Part shown: positions 53,316-64,000 of the stretch, one piece after another
Position numbering within the stretch: position 1 is the stretch's first letter
Layout of the letters: each line of letters begins with the position of its first letter
NCBI GenBank assembly: GCA_038867615.1
Contig: JAWBYA010000002.1
Coordinates: 256,001 to 320,000 of the forward strand
From: Sulfolobales archaeon
Lineage (GTDB): Archaea > Thermoproteota > Thermoprotei_A > Sulfolobales > AG1
Reading direction: 5' to 3'
DNA: 64,000 nucleotides
Notes under the pieces: model-generated
Seen by the model: only the letters and a program-made list of their open reading frames with translations
Told to the model about the DNA's origin: nothing
Database searches by the model: none
Position numbers and translations under genes: made by a program

Positions 53316-53606
53316 GTTCCATCACTTTCTATACAATCCTTGTAACACATCTATTGTAGACTGCTCCTCAGTCAACATTGGCGAAGAAGTATTGAGAGCC
53401 CCATTTATAATCATGATATATCTATCCAGACCACTATCACTATATGTTGGATATTCTCTAAAGATCCCCACAGAACCCATCCCACTGATAAATTGCCGAG
53501 AGAAATATATAATAATTATATCAGAGACTACCAACATGGCCCCCAATACACCTCCCAGTAAAACCCCTCTATTATGATCTATGACAGCAATAATTCATAA
53601 TAAGAT

Positions 53607-54971
53607 CTAGCTTCTTGTTTGTCCTATGGCTATGCTGTAGAGCCTATCCCTAACCTCTAGGGCTTTTCTATATGCTTCTTCAAGCCTCTTACTCACAGTC
53701 TCCCAATTCTCTGGCTTCTCTATCCCTACAAGCTTCTTTATCTTTGTATATGGCGATTCTCTATGATACGTCTTTAACTCCTCAACCTTGCCCTCAGGAT
53801 CTCTATACAGAACTTTTGGTTCGCTTATAACCTCACCAATAATCCTACTCTCTATACCTCTGCTCTTTAAAAGCCTCTCTATATCTTCTAGAATATCCTT
53901 CTCCGCTATGATGGCTATGCTGTCCAGCGAGATACCAAGAGGGTCTATATCCAGTTCTCTGAGCATCCTAAGCACCTCACTATCTATGAGGCTATAGATC
54001 TCCTCTAGATCTATTAAGAAACCGACCCCTGAGGATCTCGAGATCTCGTTAAGATCCCCCCTGATCCCCCCGTTGGTTATGTCAAACATGGCGTGGATCT
54101 TATCCACAACATCGCTTTCAATAATAGTCCTCAGGGCCCCAAGCGTATTGAAATTCAGGGTTCTTAGAACCACTTCAGGCTTACCGCCATATATTGCTGT
54201 TGTAGCCACAGTCCCGCCCCCAGCACCCATTGTCATGAGTATCTTATCACCAGGACGGGCATACCTCCTAGCCTTAGGTCTATTTTTAGATACACCAACA
54301 CACATCACGGTCCCAACAACCCTTGTCCCTATAACCATGTCGCCCCCTATCCTCAGGGTAGATCCACCTACTATCGGCGCCCCCAGGTATTTCGAGACAG
54401 CCGCGACGCCCGCTTCTAGGTCGAGTAGGTATGAGGGATCGCCGTCATCCCCAATCCTAAGATCTACGGCGAAAGACACAGGCACCGCCCCCTTAACCAT
54501 AACATCCCTAGCAGCAGCCCTAGCAGCATGGAACCCTGCTATGAGTGGGAAGTAGGAGAGCCTGCTATGTATGCCATCAACAGCAACCACGATCCACATA
54601 TCACCTATTCTAACCCACCCAGCATCGTCAAGATCCATCGCAGAACCCTCACTACTCCCCCAGCTGGCAACGCCCGCTAGGAGCCTGTGGAAAAAGAAAT
54701 CGCCAGAGCCTCTTGAGCCTATTCCAACAATACCCGCGGATACCCCGGAATCGCTGGGGCAGAGTATCCTCCTCAGTATAGGATCTATGTCACCACCACA
54801 AGCCTTGAGGGACGATAGTGTCTCATCATATACAGTTAATGCGTACTTCGAAGCCGTATCCCACTTTAGATCCTTGTAAAAGACAATCTCGTCAACAACC
54901 CTCCACAGGATCTCCTCCTTAGAGAGACCCCTAGATATCCCCTTCCTAACTATACCCTCGAGATCCGCCAT
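53607..54971 (-). CDS. AIR-synthase (PurM-like) related protein of unknown function
   Basis: GSRGSGDF, LDDAG, DGIHSRLS, GGSTLRIGGD, DITNGGIRGD. Confidence 0.85.
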   Translation of the reverse strand: MADLEGIVRKGISRGLSKEEILWRVVDEIVFYKDLKWDTASKYALTVYDETLSSLKACGGDIDPILRRILCPSDSGVSAGIVGIGSRGSGDFFFHRLLAGVASWGSSEGSAMDLDDAGWVRIGDMWIVVAVDGIHSRLSYFPLIAGFHAARAAARDVMVKGAVPVSFAVDLRIGDDGDPSYLLDLEAGVAAVSKYLGAPIVGGSTLRIGGDMVIGTRVVGTVMCVGVSKNRPKARRYARPGDKILMTMGAGGGTVATTAIYGGKPEVVLRTLNFNTLGALRTIIESDVVDKIHAMFDITNGGIRGDLNEISRSSGVGFLIDLEEIYSLIDSEVLRMLRELDIDPLGISLDSIAIIAEKDILEDIERLLKSRGIESRIIGEVISEPKVLYRDPEGKVEELKTYHRESPYTKIKKLVGIEKPENWETVSKRLEEAYRKALEVRDRLYSIAIGQTRS

Positions 54972-55045
54972 AAAGCCCCAAAAATAGTTATGCTAGGGCT
55001 CTATAAGGGGCTGGAGTACGAGAGTCTTTCGTAATAGATCAGGGC

Positions 55046-57121
55046 TTATCTGATATTCTGGGATTTAACATCATCGAATCTTCTCAATGCTTCTTCAGGA
55101 TCCTGGGTCGGTAGTGCGCATATAGTGCCATAACATATATAATATACAGGTTTTTCTCCCCACACTTTTCCTCTATATAGCTCCCTCAGAACCTTTGACC
55201 TCGGATTAGGCGCGCTCGCAGAGGTGACTCCTACCCAGTATCTCTTCCATAGATTCTTTATGAATAGCTCGTACCCCTGATCCTCTGAAACCAATGTTAC
55301 GGCAACCTGGTAGGATGGGTTCGCTATTGTATCTATATATGTTATCATTGCTGCGTATTGCTGCGGAACCTGGTCTATGTATCTAGATGATCTCCTAAAG
55401 ATCTCTAGGGCTTTCTCTCTATATGAGTTATCGCCGCTATAGAGGTAAAGCTTCGAATACAGATCTATTGTCGCTGAGGCACCACTCGGTATAACGTTAT
55501 CTACAAATGTTGATATAGCAATACTCCTCGAGCCAGGAGCGTCTGGGTTCTCGATAATCACGCCATCTTTTATGAATACCTTCTCGATGCTCTGCGAGAT
55601 CTCTACCGCTATTTCTAGGTATTTCTCGTCATTGGTAGCCATATATAGATCAACACATGCAGAGCCATATAGCGAGGTGTCGCTTAGATACCCCCACTTA
55701 CTAGCCTCTCCCTCATAGTATACATGGGCCACCCTATCACCGATCCACATTTTGCTCTTAATAACATCGGCAGCCTTTCTAGCCGCATCTAGGTATCTCT
55801 GATCCCATGTTACTAGATAGAGTCTCGCAAGCGCCATAATAGCCAGGGAATTCCAGTCTGCTAGGTGTTTCTCATCGATATGGGGTTTTGGCTTCCTCGA
55901 TAGCCTGTACTCGTACAGCTTTGCCTCGATCTCGCTATAGATCCTGAGGGCTTCGTCGTATGGTTTTTTAAGGAATCTTGCAAGATCCATAGGGCTCATA
56001 GCCCTCACTGGATGCATCCTCTCATGTATGAGGGTTGATTGGGACCAGCCATATATATTCTTAGCGATCTCTGCCATATCCTTTCCAAGGGCTTCTATAA
56101 GCTCCTCCTCGCTCCATAGATATGCTCCCCCCTCAACACCACCAGCCTCAGCATCTAGGGATGAGTAGAAAAGCCCCTCCCTACCCAACATGTTTTCGAA
56201 CATGAAGTCAGCAGTCTTTCTGGCTGTTACTATATATTCTAGAGATCCTGTCGCTCTATAGAGATCCACAAGGATCCTTGCGATCTGCGCGTTATCGTAG
56301 AGCATCTTCTCGAAGTGAGGGATCCTCCAACCCCTATCAACGGTATATCTGAAGAAACCCCCGGCCAGGTGATCCTGAAGCCCTAGCCTAACCATGCTGT
56401 TAGCCGTTCTCACAACCATCCTCAGTGCTGTGTCATCACCCCTCCTGAACCAGTATCTCAGGAGAAGGTCTAGGTAGGGTATCATAGGGAACTTAGACGA
56501 GAACCCAAAGCCTCCGAAGACAGGATCGAAGGACGCTGATATCTCTGTAAACGCCTTCTCAAATATGTCGTTAATATTTATGCCCTTATTAACCTCCCGC
56601 GCCGAGAGATAGCTGATCACAGCATTCTGGATCTCTTCTGCTGCTGCTAAAACCCTATCCCTATCACCCACCCATAGATCTTTGATCGCGTTGAGTATCT
56701 CAACCAGCCTATCTCTAGGAAAATACGTCCCTGCATAGAACACCCTGAGATCCGGTGTCAGGAAAGCGGTTAGAGGCCAGCCGCCTGAGCCTGTTATGGC
56801 TATTGTTGCCGTCATGTATATCTCATCAACATCCGGCATCTCCTCACGATCAACCTTTATTGGTACGAAATACGTGTTGAGTATCGATGCTACTTCAGGG
56901 TCTAGGAAGCTCTCCCTATGCATTACATGGCACCAATGGCACGACGAGTATCCTATGGATAGGAATATCGGTTTATTCTCAGCCATAGCTTTCTGGAAAG
57001 CCTCCTCTCCCCATTCATACCAATCTATAGGATCGCAGGCGTGGAGCCTGAGATACCTACTCTTGGAGTTAACAAGCCTGTTAGGCTTTCCACACATATG
57101 ATCACTGTAGCCCTGAAGCAT
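55046..57121 (-). CDS. Thioredoxin-domain protein YyaL/SPATA20 (DUF255)
   Basis: [42 protein letters not shown]. Confidence 0.93.
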   Translation of the reverse strand: MLQGYSDHMCGKPNRLVNSKSRYLRLHACDPIDWYEWGEEAFQKAMAENKPIFLSIGYSSCHWCHVMHRESFLDPEVASILNTYFVPIKVDREEMPDVDEIYMTATIAITGSGGWPLTAFLTPDLRVFYAGTYFPRDRLVEILNAIKDLWVGDRDRVLAAAEEIQNAVISYLSAREVNKGININDIFEKAFTEISASFDPVFGGFGFSSKFPMIPYLDLLLRYWFRRGDDTALRMVVRTANSMVRLGLQDHLAGGFFRYTVDRGWRIPHFEKMLYDNAQIARILVDLYRATGSLEYIVTARKTADFMFENMLGREGLFYSSLDAEAGGVEGGAYLWSEEELIEALGKDMAEIAKNIYGWSQSTLIHERMHPVRAMSPMDLARFLKKPYDEALRIYSEIEAKLYEYRLSRKPKPHIDEKHLADWNSLAIMALARLYLVTWDQRYLDAARKAADVIKSKMWIGDRVAHVYYEGEASKWGYLSDTSLYGSACVDLYMATNDEKYLEIAVEISQSIEKVFIKDGVIIENPDAPGSRSIAISTFVDNVIPSGASATIDLYSKLYLYSGDNSYREKALEIFRRSSRYIDQVPQQYAAMITYIDTIANPSYQVAVTLVSEDQGYELFIKNLWKRYWVGVTSASAPNPRSKVLRELYRGKVWGEKPVYYICYGTICALPTQDPEEALRRFDDVKSQNIR

Positions 57122-57225
57122 ACCCTATCTCATCAATACCCGTTTGGGGGTTTTTATCCGTAGTGGTATAGTGCGTCTCTGACCTTTTATTAGCCCTGAA
57201 AACCAAGTATATCTAGGGATCTATC

Positions 57226-58023
57226 ATGGATGGTACTCAATTAGCCTTAATAATAGCCATACTGATCATAGTTCTGCCTTTCCTAGCAGCCTCTGTAAAG
57301 GTGGTGAGGGAGTATGAGAGGGCAGTGATCTTCAGGCTTGGGAGGCTTAAGGGGGCAGCAGGCCCAGGGATCTTCTTCATAATACCGATTGTCGATAAGC
57401 TCTTCAAAGTAGATCTCAGGATAAACACGATAGATTTTCCGAAACAAAACGTCATTACAAAGGATAATGTGAGCATTCTCATGGATGCTGTTGTGTATTA
57501 CAGGGTAGAGGATCCAGTTAAGGCTATTGTGAAGGTTGCTAACTATAACTATGCTGTTGTCCAGCTTGCAATGACAACTCTCAGGGATGTTACCGGGACT
57601 GTGGAGCTGGATGAGCTTCTAACACACAGAGAAGAGGTTAGTAAGAGGATACAGAAAATAGTGGACGATATAACAGAACCCTGGGGTATAAAGATAGTTG
57701 CAGTAACAATCAAGGATATCGTGCTTCCAGAGGAACTGGTTAGGGCTATATCTATGCAGGCCCAGGCCGAGAGGATTAGGAGGGCGAGGGTAATCGAGGC
57801 CGAGGGTGAAAGACAAGCTGCATCGATACTAGCAGAGGCGGCAAGCATGTATGCCAACAGCCCAATAGCTATAAGGCTTAGAGAGCTCCAAACCCTCGTC
57901 GAGGTTGCTAAGGAGAAGAACATGGTATTGATAGCTGATACTATTAGATCCGATCTCTCGGGTCTGGGGTTCCAGTTAGGAGCCGCAGCTTTCAGTAGAG
58001 GACAGCAAGGGACAAACAAATGA
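57226..58023 (+). CDS. Slipin/stomatin (SPFH) protein
   Basis: EYERAVIFRLGR, ITKDNV, TTLR, PWG, QAQAER. Confidence 0.95.
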   Translation: MDGTQLALIIAILIIVLPFLAASVKVVREYERAVIFRLGRLKGAAGPGIFFIIPIVDKLFKVDLRINTIDFPKQNVITKDNVSILMDAVVYYRVEDPVKAIVKVANYNYAVVQLAMTTLRDVTGTVELDELLTHREEVSKRIQKIVDDITEPWGIKIVAVTIKDIVLPEELVRAISMQAQAERIRRARVIEAEGERQAASILAEAASMYANSPIAIRLRELQTLVEVAKEKNMVLIADTIRSDLSGLGFQLGAAAFSRGQQGTNK

Positions 58024-59411
58024 ACGTAGCCTTTAGATCTAGAATGGTTCTTCCTATAGCAACAGGCCTCACTATCCTCTCCATAGTCCTGCTAATTATT
58101 CCAACGATCCAAGCGATGTTTCTGCCACCTTCACTACTCCATGGCCGGGAGTCTAGTAGCAGTATTATGCTTCAACAACAGGTCGAGATCGGAGAGGCTA
58201 TTGTTGCCGATATAAGAGGCACTGTGGATCAGGGGATGGGTAGGTATATAAAGAGCCTCATAGATAGGGCGCATAACGAGAGAGCCGCTCTCATAATCGA
58301 CGTTCAATCTCCAGGAGGTTTTCTAGGAGATACCATGGATATAGCTGATATGATATTTAACGCAAAGATCCCTATAATTGGCTATGCATCGGGAGATAGC
58401 TTCAGCGGGGCAACATTAATACTGATCCCAACCCACATACTTGCTGTCAACCCATCATCCCTGGTAGGGGATGCCCAGCCTGTCACAATAGATCAGACGG
58501 GCAGGCTTGTACCAATAACAGAGCCTAAGATCATCAACCCCCTTGTCAAGAAATTCGTGGACTATGCTGAGGCGCGTGGTAGGAATACCACCCTGGTTAA
58601 GATGTTCATACTAAACGCAACCGTAGTAAATGGCGATGAAGCTGTTAAGCTAGGGCTTGCAGACCTTACAGCCAGGAGCGTTAGCGAGCTGGTTGAAAAG
58701 CTGAGGGGTAAGATAATAACCATCAATGGGGTTGAATATAGACTCAATATATATCAATTAACACCTGCTGGTGAGTGCCTGAGCTGCAGGCTACTCAGCT
58801 TCCTCTCAGACCCCATGGTGGCTGGTGTATTCATAACAATAGGTGTGTTTAGCGCTATCTTCGCCATATCCTCTGGGCATCTAATAGCACTGCCATTCTC
58901 ACTCATATTCATACTCCTAGGACTGCTCGGCTCAGGCCTCCAAGTGGATCTCTTAACAATAGCACTGATACTGCTCGGAATCACATTCATAGCGGCAGGA
59001 ATAGCTATAGGTCATGCCGATGGCGGTATACTTATGACAGCTGGGATAGCTATGGCAGCGATCGGGACAGCCCTTCTACCGGTAACGGGGAGAGGAATAC
59101 TGATAGCTGGTTCGAGCAACATAATGGGCACGATCTATGGTTTCTCACTCGGAATCGGTATAGGTTCTGCCATAATAGGTGGGCTCATAGCATGGCAGCT
59201 AGTGCTACTCAGGAAGAAAAAATCCGAGATCTTCGAGATCGTTGGAAAAGAGGGTGTTGCCAGAGACGATATAGAACCGGGTAAAGAAGGATTTGTACTA
59301 GTTGAGGGCGAACTATGGCGAGCAGTCTCAGATGAGAAAATAAATGCTGGCGAAACCGTAATAGTTATTGATAAAAAAGGCTTTATACTCAAGGTAAAGA
59401 AGAAACAGTAG
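58020..59411 (+). CDS. NfeD / stomatin operon partner protease
   Basis: ClpP-like SPGG, TM region, C-terminal OB fold GFVLVEGELWRA. Confidence 0.9.
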   Translation: MNVAFRSRMVLPIATGLTILSIVLLIIPTIQAMFLPPSLLHGRESSSSIMLQQQVEIGEAIVADIRGTVDQGMGRYIKSLIDRAHNERAALIIDVQSPGGFLGDTMDIADMIFNAKIPIIGYASGDSFSGATLILIPTHILAVNPSSLVGDAQPVTIDQTGRLVPITEPKIINPLVKKFVDYAEARGRNTTLVKMFILNATVVNGDEAVKLGLADLTARSVSELVEKLRGKIITINGVEYRLNIYQLTPAGECLSCRLLSFLSDPMVAGVFITIGVFSAIFAISSGHLIALPFSLIFILLGLLGSGLQVDLLTIALILLGITFIAAGIAIGHADGGILMTAGIAMAAIGTALLPVTGRGILIAGSSNIMGTIYGFSLGIGIGSAIIGGLIAWQLVLLRKKKSEIFEIVGKEGVARDDIEPGKEGFVLVEGELWRAVSDEKINAGETVIVIDKKGFILKVKKKQ

Positions 59412-59548
59412 TCAGATGATCTCTTCACAGACAATAATAACGCTCCAATGAACCTGTGATTCACAACCATGTTTAGGGAAAGAAAAACAGGATAGAAATA
59501 CTAATAAACAGTAGATGTTCAAGGCTTCATAGCCACAAGCACTCCTCG

Positions 59549-59896
59549 AAGCCGTAGCCAGCTGCTTCGAGTTTCATGATGGTTTATAAGGATTGATATT
59601 AAACCCGTAGTTCTGCAATAATGGAACATTATATAAGCCCTGTTATTCTATGGGGATGCCCGCCCAACAATGAGGGTGGCTATAAAGACCCAAGTGGGCG
59701 GGTTAAATAAAAACCAGGATGTGGGGGTTTCCCCACAGCAATGAACCAGAGCAATGCAATGAAGGGGAGCTGTGGGTCGGGGTCACCCCGAACGGGTGGA
59801 GGCCAAGGATATGGGCCCCAATGAAAGGAGCCCTGAGGCCTATGAAGCCAAGGGAAGAGCAGTTGGTATAAAAATCAACCGCAATGAAGCCCGAAC
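59549..59896 (+). mobile_element. Dispersed element, copy E (longest, 348 bp)
   Basis: AAGCCGTAGCCAGCTG...TTATATAAG...GATGTGGGGGTTTCCCCACAGC...TCGGGGTCACCCCGA...ATGAAGCCCGAAC. Confidence 0.88.
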
Positions 59897-60214
59897 CCCA
59901 ACCACACTGCTTAGGTCTTTATCTATGCTTGCATTGTAGACGGGTATCTGCAAGCATTCTTGTTGGGCTTATCCATAGAAAAGGATCTAGTGAGGGGGTT
60001 TGTAACAGCCGTTATAGGTCTCCTTGAAACTTGAAACGGCTTGTTATGGCACAGGCTTTGGTAATTGTTGAAATTATAAAGCTTCCCCGGAATCAAGGAT
60101 AGGGCTATCCATTAGGTGTGATCACGATATTCATTCTCAGTATTAAGAGTCTTTATGATAACGAAACTAAACATTGAAGATTTAAAAGGGTTTTTCTTAT
60201 AAAATTTAGCAGCC

Positions 60215-61210
60215 TTGACTAGTGCTCGTGATCCTCTTGTAATTGTCGTTGAGAAAGATCTTGTAATGTCTCTACTCAGTAGCATTCCCTCTATCGCTGT
60301 ATTCGCATTCATCACGTTTATAATGATGCGGATAATTAACAATCCTATAGCAACCTACATAGCTATACTTATATGGGGAGTCGGGCTTCTACTGCTTATT
60401 AGATGGATACTGCTTATCACCGAAAAGAATAGGGTTCTGAGGGAGTTCTCCGATAAGTTGAAGATCTCTGGGCTCGCATCATCCCCGGGAGAGTTGCTAG
60501 AGCTCTATAGAGCCACCATTAAGGGTGAGATTAAAACAACCACAGCTACCGTGTCAATCTCTATCGGCGGTGGGGCTCATAGACATACAACAACTAAAAA
60601 GTATATTACCACCAAGAGTTTTGAGAAGATCTCTGAGGTCTCTGCTGGGTATGATTTGAAGGAGCTAGGGGCTAGCAATATCCTAGCTATTTTCCCAACC
60701 AATGAGGGTTTTTTCGACGGAAAGATCCTAAGGATCTCTGGGGGTAGGTATAGAGATATAATCATCATACCAATAACACCCAGGATTACAATCCATAAGA
60801 TTGTTGAGGAAAAGATTGAAGGAGACGGCGAGCTATGCATCTACAGACTGGAGTTCAGAGGATGCAGGGTCGTTGGACACATAGCAACCCTAATGATAAA
60901 ACGAGCCAGATCGTATAGAGTTGAGATAAAAATCGGGGAGGAGATCCGTGGGAGCTTTATTGGGAAAGCCCCACTCAAGATCTACTCAGGAGGGGCGGGA
61001 TCCTTCGAAACAGAGCTACCAATATGTAGACCCCTCACCATAATAACACACGAAAAAACACTAGATATGAAGGATATAGCCAAGGAGATCAAGAGCATCC
61101 TCGGAGAGGAAAATACGATCCTCATAGGCTATAGAGAGAACACCTATATCTTAAGACTAGTGATAGACAGACCCTTAGCAAAAGATCTTGTGAAAGAGAT
61201 CCCATTATAA
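60215..61210 (+). CDS. Hypothetical membrane protein (2 TM helices plus soluble beta-rich domain)
   Basis: Two N-terminal hydrophobic helices; C-terminal LVIDRPLAKD. Confidence 0.7.
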   Translation: MTSARDPLVIVVEKDLVMSLLSSIPSIAVFAFITFIMMRIINNPIATYIAILIWGVGLLLLIRWILLITEKNRVLREFSDKLKISGLASSPGELLELYRATIKGEIKTTTATVSISIGGGAHRHTTTKKYITTKSFEKISEVSAGYDLKELGASNILAIFPTNEGFFDGKILRISGGRYRDIIIIPITPRITIHKIVEEKIEGDGELCIYRLEFRGCRVVGHIATLMIKRARSYRVEIKIGEEIRGSFIGKAPLKIYSGGAGSFETELPICRPLTIITHEKTLDMKDIAKEIKSILGEENTILIGYRENTYILRLVIDRPLAKDLVKEIPL

Positions 61211-61283
61211 CTGGATCACCACAGCTAATAACCCTAAAATAGAGAAAGCCGGTTTAACATTGCTTTCTGTATAATGCTAATGT

Positions 61284-62417
61284 TTAGGATCTCATCCCTA
61301 TTAGCTTCTTTAGTTTAGTATAGAGGCTTTTGTCGTGGTAGTCGTAGTTGAAGCTCTCTGTACTTTTAAGAATACCTAGTCCTGAGAGCATAAGGAGTGT
61401 TCTCTCGATACCTAGCTTCTCAATAATTCTGGTTATTGCTAGTTGTCGCTTAAGGCTTTCCACATAATTTCTAATTTCACCGGCATATCTTATAAGGGCC
61501 TCCATAGGCTCGTATATCCTTAGCTTTGATGCCAGTGTTTCTATCTGGACTGATGATGGGTGGAGACCGCCTCCGCTGAAGGGTTTTGTGAAATTGGATG
61601 CATCCCCAACAGCCACTATAGATCCTGTGTAGTGTTTTTCCAAGGGGCTTCCCCTAACCACTAGACCTCCGTACATTCTTGTTAGCAGGTTTTCCATCAA
61701 GAGTTTTCTCTTATAGAGAATCCTTAGGAAGAGGCTCAGCCTTCCATGATGAGTATCTCTTAGACGTGTTGCCATCCCAACTAGGGCTGTTCTTGAGTCT
61801 AGTGGTATTAGCCATCCGAAGAAGTCTCTAAATATCTCGTCATCCACAAACACGTATATCTCCTCCTCGTCTAAACCCCCATGGGTTTTTGCAAACCCCT
61901 GGATCCCTACTAAGAGCTCCGGCTTTCTAACAAGCCCAAGAGATCTTGAGAACTTCTGTTGAGAGCCCTCTGCGATAATCACAAGCGATCCTGTGTATCT
62001 ATGCACACCATGCTTGCTGCCAACAGTAACACTCTTATCGCTTATACCAAGAACCCTTGCTTTGGTATGTACTGCTGAGCCTTGGTTAATAGCCTCGGTC
62101 TCAAGGATCTTTTCTAAAAGAACCCTATCGAGTTTAACCACAGCCTGGTCTGGAACCAGGTTTACTATTTCCCCGCCTCTGAGTCTCTCCACCACTATAG
62201 ATCTATATCTCGCGATCATGCTCTCCTTAGCAGGGCTGCCAATAAGTCTAACAGTATCCTCGCTCACAAGCCCTGTGCAGTGAGGCGGTATACCTACGTG
62301 GGGATTCTCCTCAAAAACCACGGCCCCCGGGATCCTTGATGCTGTTAGCAACCCCGCAAAACCACCCCCGACTATCAGTGCTTCCACAGATCTCCTCATC
62401 CTATGTGTTACCCTCAC
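61284..62417 (-). CDS. Geranylgeranyl reductase family flavoprotein
   Basis: VGGGFAG, HCTGL, DRVLLE, FGWLIP, VGDA..TKPFSGGG. Confidence 0.85.
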   Translation of the reverse strand: MRVTHRMRRSVEALIVGGGFAGLLTASRIPGAVVFEENPHVGIPPHCTGLVSEDTVRLIGSPAKESMIARYRSIVVERLRGGEIVNLVPDQAVVKLDRVLLEKILETEAINQGSAVHTKARVLGISDKSVTVGSKHGVHRYTGSLVIIAEGSQQKFSRSLGLVRKPELLVGIQGFAKTHGGLDEEEIYVFVDDEIFRDFFGWLIPLDSRTALVGMATRLRDTHHGRLSLFLRILYKRKLLMENLLTRMYGGLVVRGSPLEKHYTGSIVAVGDASNFTKPFSGGGLHPSSVQIETLASKLRIYEPMEALIRYAGEIRNYVESLKRQLAITRIIEKLGIERTLLMLSGLGILKSTESFNYDYHDKSLYTKLKKLIGMRS

Positions 62418-62673
62418 GCCCGGCTTAGTATTATATTCCAGGCCTCATATATACTAGTTGGTAAAGCAACTAAGGCTTCTATAGATCCTCCTCACCCCTT
62501 TATACGATCTCTTAGATCCGTGTGGGGTTCTTGGTTGTTGATCCGCGTTGATGAATGGTTAGTTATACTCCTCTTGCTATGTATAAGCGTTAATATTGCT
62601 TAATTGTTTCTCCACAGTGGGTTCTAAGCTTATATGCTTAGTAGCGGTTTATTTATACGGACGGCGGATTTAT

Positions 62674-63048
62674 ATGGATCTTCCTGGTGTTATAACCATA
62701 ACTGTGGTTAGTATCGCCTTCCTCGCCCTCCCATTTATAGCATACCTGGTTGGGAGGATATTCTCGCCGCCCGTGGATTTCCCTACAAAGGTTGAGAGGT
62801 TTGAGAGCGGTAATCCTCCCTATGGTAGGGGTAGGGGTTATTTTCTCATGCAATATTATCCATATCTCCTCATGTTCATAGCTATGGAGTCATATGTTGT
62901 TCTCATAATATTCATAGCCCTCTCCACAGTTGCTGGGATTGTTCTTAACTCATTGTTATTGATAATCCTCTCAACCATCATTATTTTCCCATCTTTTCTA
63001 TATGCTCTTAAAAAAGCTGGGGTGATAGATCTATGGAAGGCGGATTAG
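62674..63048 (+). CDS. nuoA: NADH-quinone oxidoreductase subunit A
   Basis: KVERFESGNPP, MQYY..LLMFIAME, 3 TM helices; ATG 62674 preferred over the ORF-track start. Confidence 0.9.
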   Translation: MDLPGVITITVVSIAFLALPFIAYLVGRIFSPPVDFPTKVERFESGNPPYGRGRGYFLMQYYPYLLMFIAMESYVVLIIFIALSTVAGIVLNSLLLIILSTIIIFPSFLYALKKAGVIDLWKAD

Positions 63049-63590
63049 TATTCATAGGCGATTTGGATCTAACAACAAGGAAGGTGTTACGATGGCTTGT
63101 TGAGAGAAAGCCTTTAAAAGACATAGTGGAGTGGGCAACCGCGTTCTCACTATGGCCAGTCCACCTCATGACAAGCTGCTGTGGTGTTGAGCTGGGAGCT
63201 GCATATGCTCCTAGGTTCGATCTCGAGAGATACGGCTCACTGCCCTTTGTCTCTCCGAGACAGACCAACCTGATCGTTATAGAGGGAACGCTTACCAGGA
63301 AGATGGCGAGAGTTGCCAGGATCACTTGGGAGCAGATGGCGGATCCGAAGTTCGTTATAGCAATGGGGGCTTGTGCCATAGATGGAGGTCTCTTCTGGAA
63401 TAGCTATAATGTTGTCAGAGCTTCTGAGGTTATGCCCGTAGATATCTATATACCAGGATGTCCTCCCAGACCCGAGGCTCTTGCCAGGGCTATCCTGCTC
63501 CTCCAGCAGAGGATAAGGAAGAGAGGGCTCGCTAGGCATGATCTAGAGATGATAGAGAGCCCTATCAAGAGAATCGATGGTAGTAAATAG
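63033..63590 (+). CDS. nuoB: NADH-quinone oxidoreductase subunit B
   Basis: TSCCGVE, SPRQ, MGACA..GG, PGCPPRPE. Confidence 0.96.
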   Translation: MEGGLVFIGDLDLTTRKVLRWLVERKPLKDIVEWATAFSLWPVHLMTSCCGVELGAAYAPRFDLERYGSLPFVSPRQTNLIVIEGTLTRKMARVARITWEQMADPKFVIAMGACAIDGGLFWNSYNVVRASEVMPVDIYIPGCPPRPEALARAILLLQQRIRKRGLARHDLEMIESPIKRIDGSK

Positions 63591-63614
63591 CACCTGGTAT
63601 TGACGGTGTTAGAG

Positions 63615-64000
63615 ATGGCATCGCAGAGCGCAACAGGACCACAGGCTCAGCAATCACAAGAAAGGCTCCAGGCTATAAAGGCTCTCGATGAGCTCGCATC
63701 TAGGCTAAAGAACATACTGGGAAGCCTTACAGGATCTATCACCGTGGATAAGAAAAGCATGGCTATAAACATAGAGGTTGACAAGTCTAAGCTGCTTGAT
63801 GCGGCAAAGATCCTTAGAGGTCTTGGGTTCGAGCATGTGAAATCCCTCACAGGAGTCGATCATATGGAGACAGGGATCATAGAGCTCGTGATCCATATCG
63901 GGTCTTATAGGAAAGGGCTGAGGAGATTTATGGTGATACTGAGAACCAAGCTGGATAGGAAGGATCCTAGAGCACCAACCCTCATCAACATATGGCCAAG
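63615..64000 (+). CDS. nuoC: NADH-quinone oxidoreductase subunit C (or C/D), runs off the window
   Basis: Manual translation MASQSATG...LGFEHVKSLTGVD...PRAPTLINIWP; follows nuoB. Confidence 0.85.
   Translation, partial: MASQSATGPQAQQSQERLQAIKALDELASRLKNILGSLTGSITVDKKSMAINIEVDKSKLLDAAKILRGLGFEHVKSLTGVDHMETGIIELVIHIGSYRKGLRRFMVILRTKLDRKDPRAPTLINIWP

Noticed and set aside
53322-53546. 74-aa ORF upstream of fen
   Set aside because: No recognisable motif or clear RBS; cannot be supported from sequence alone

Overview
Core-genome window from a thermophilic crenarchaeon (Thermoproteota, Desulfurococcales/Sulfolobales-like, judged from Cdc6-2, L18ae/L31e/L39e/S19e, RpoD with an Fe-S domain, TiaS and the gene order). 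It holds two ribosomal-protein/RNA-polymerase clusters, two CDC48 paralogs, FtsY, FEN1, an XPB-like helicase, aRF1, a peptide ABC transporter, slipin/NfeD and the start of a nuo operon. The most unusual signals are non-coding. (1) A promoter-preceded 5' half of tRNA-Gln(CUG) with a 16-nt GC-rich tail, fused directly to a C/D-box sRNA; I found no 3' half in the window, so it is a candidate trans-spliced split tRNA. (2) A dispersed family of about 240-350 bp structured non-autonomous elements (6 near-complete copies plus fragments) with subterminal hairpins, no target duplication, an internal TATA-like motif and a fixed right end followed by variable flank; these may be tnpB-deletion derivatives carrying stand-alone omega-RNAs. 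(3) A second C/D-box sRNA. (4) Long identical DNA tracts between CDC48 domains and paralogs. All calls come from reading motifs by eye; no searches were run.
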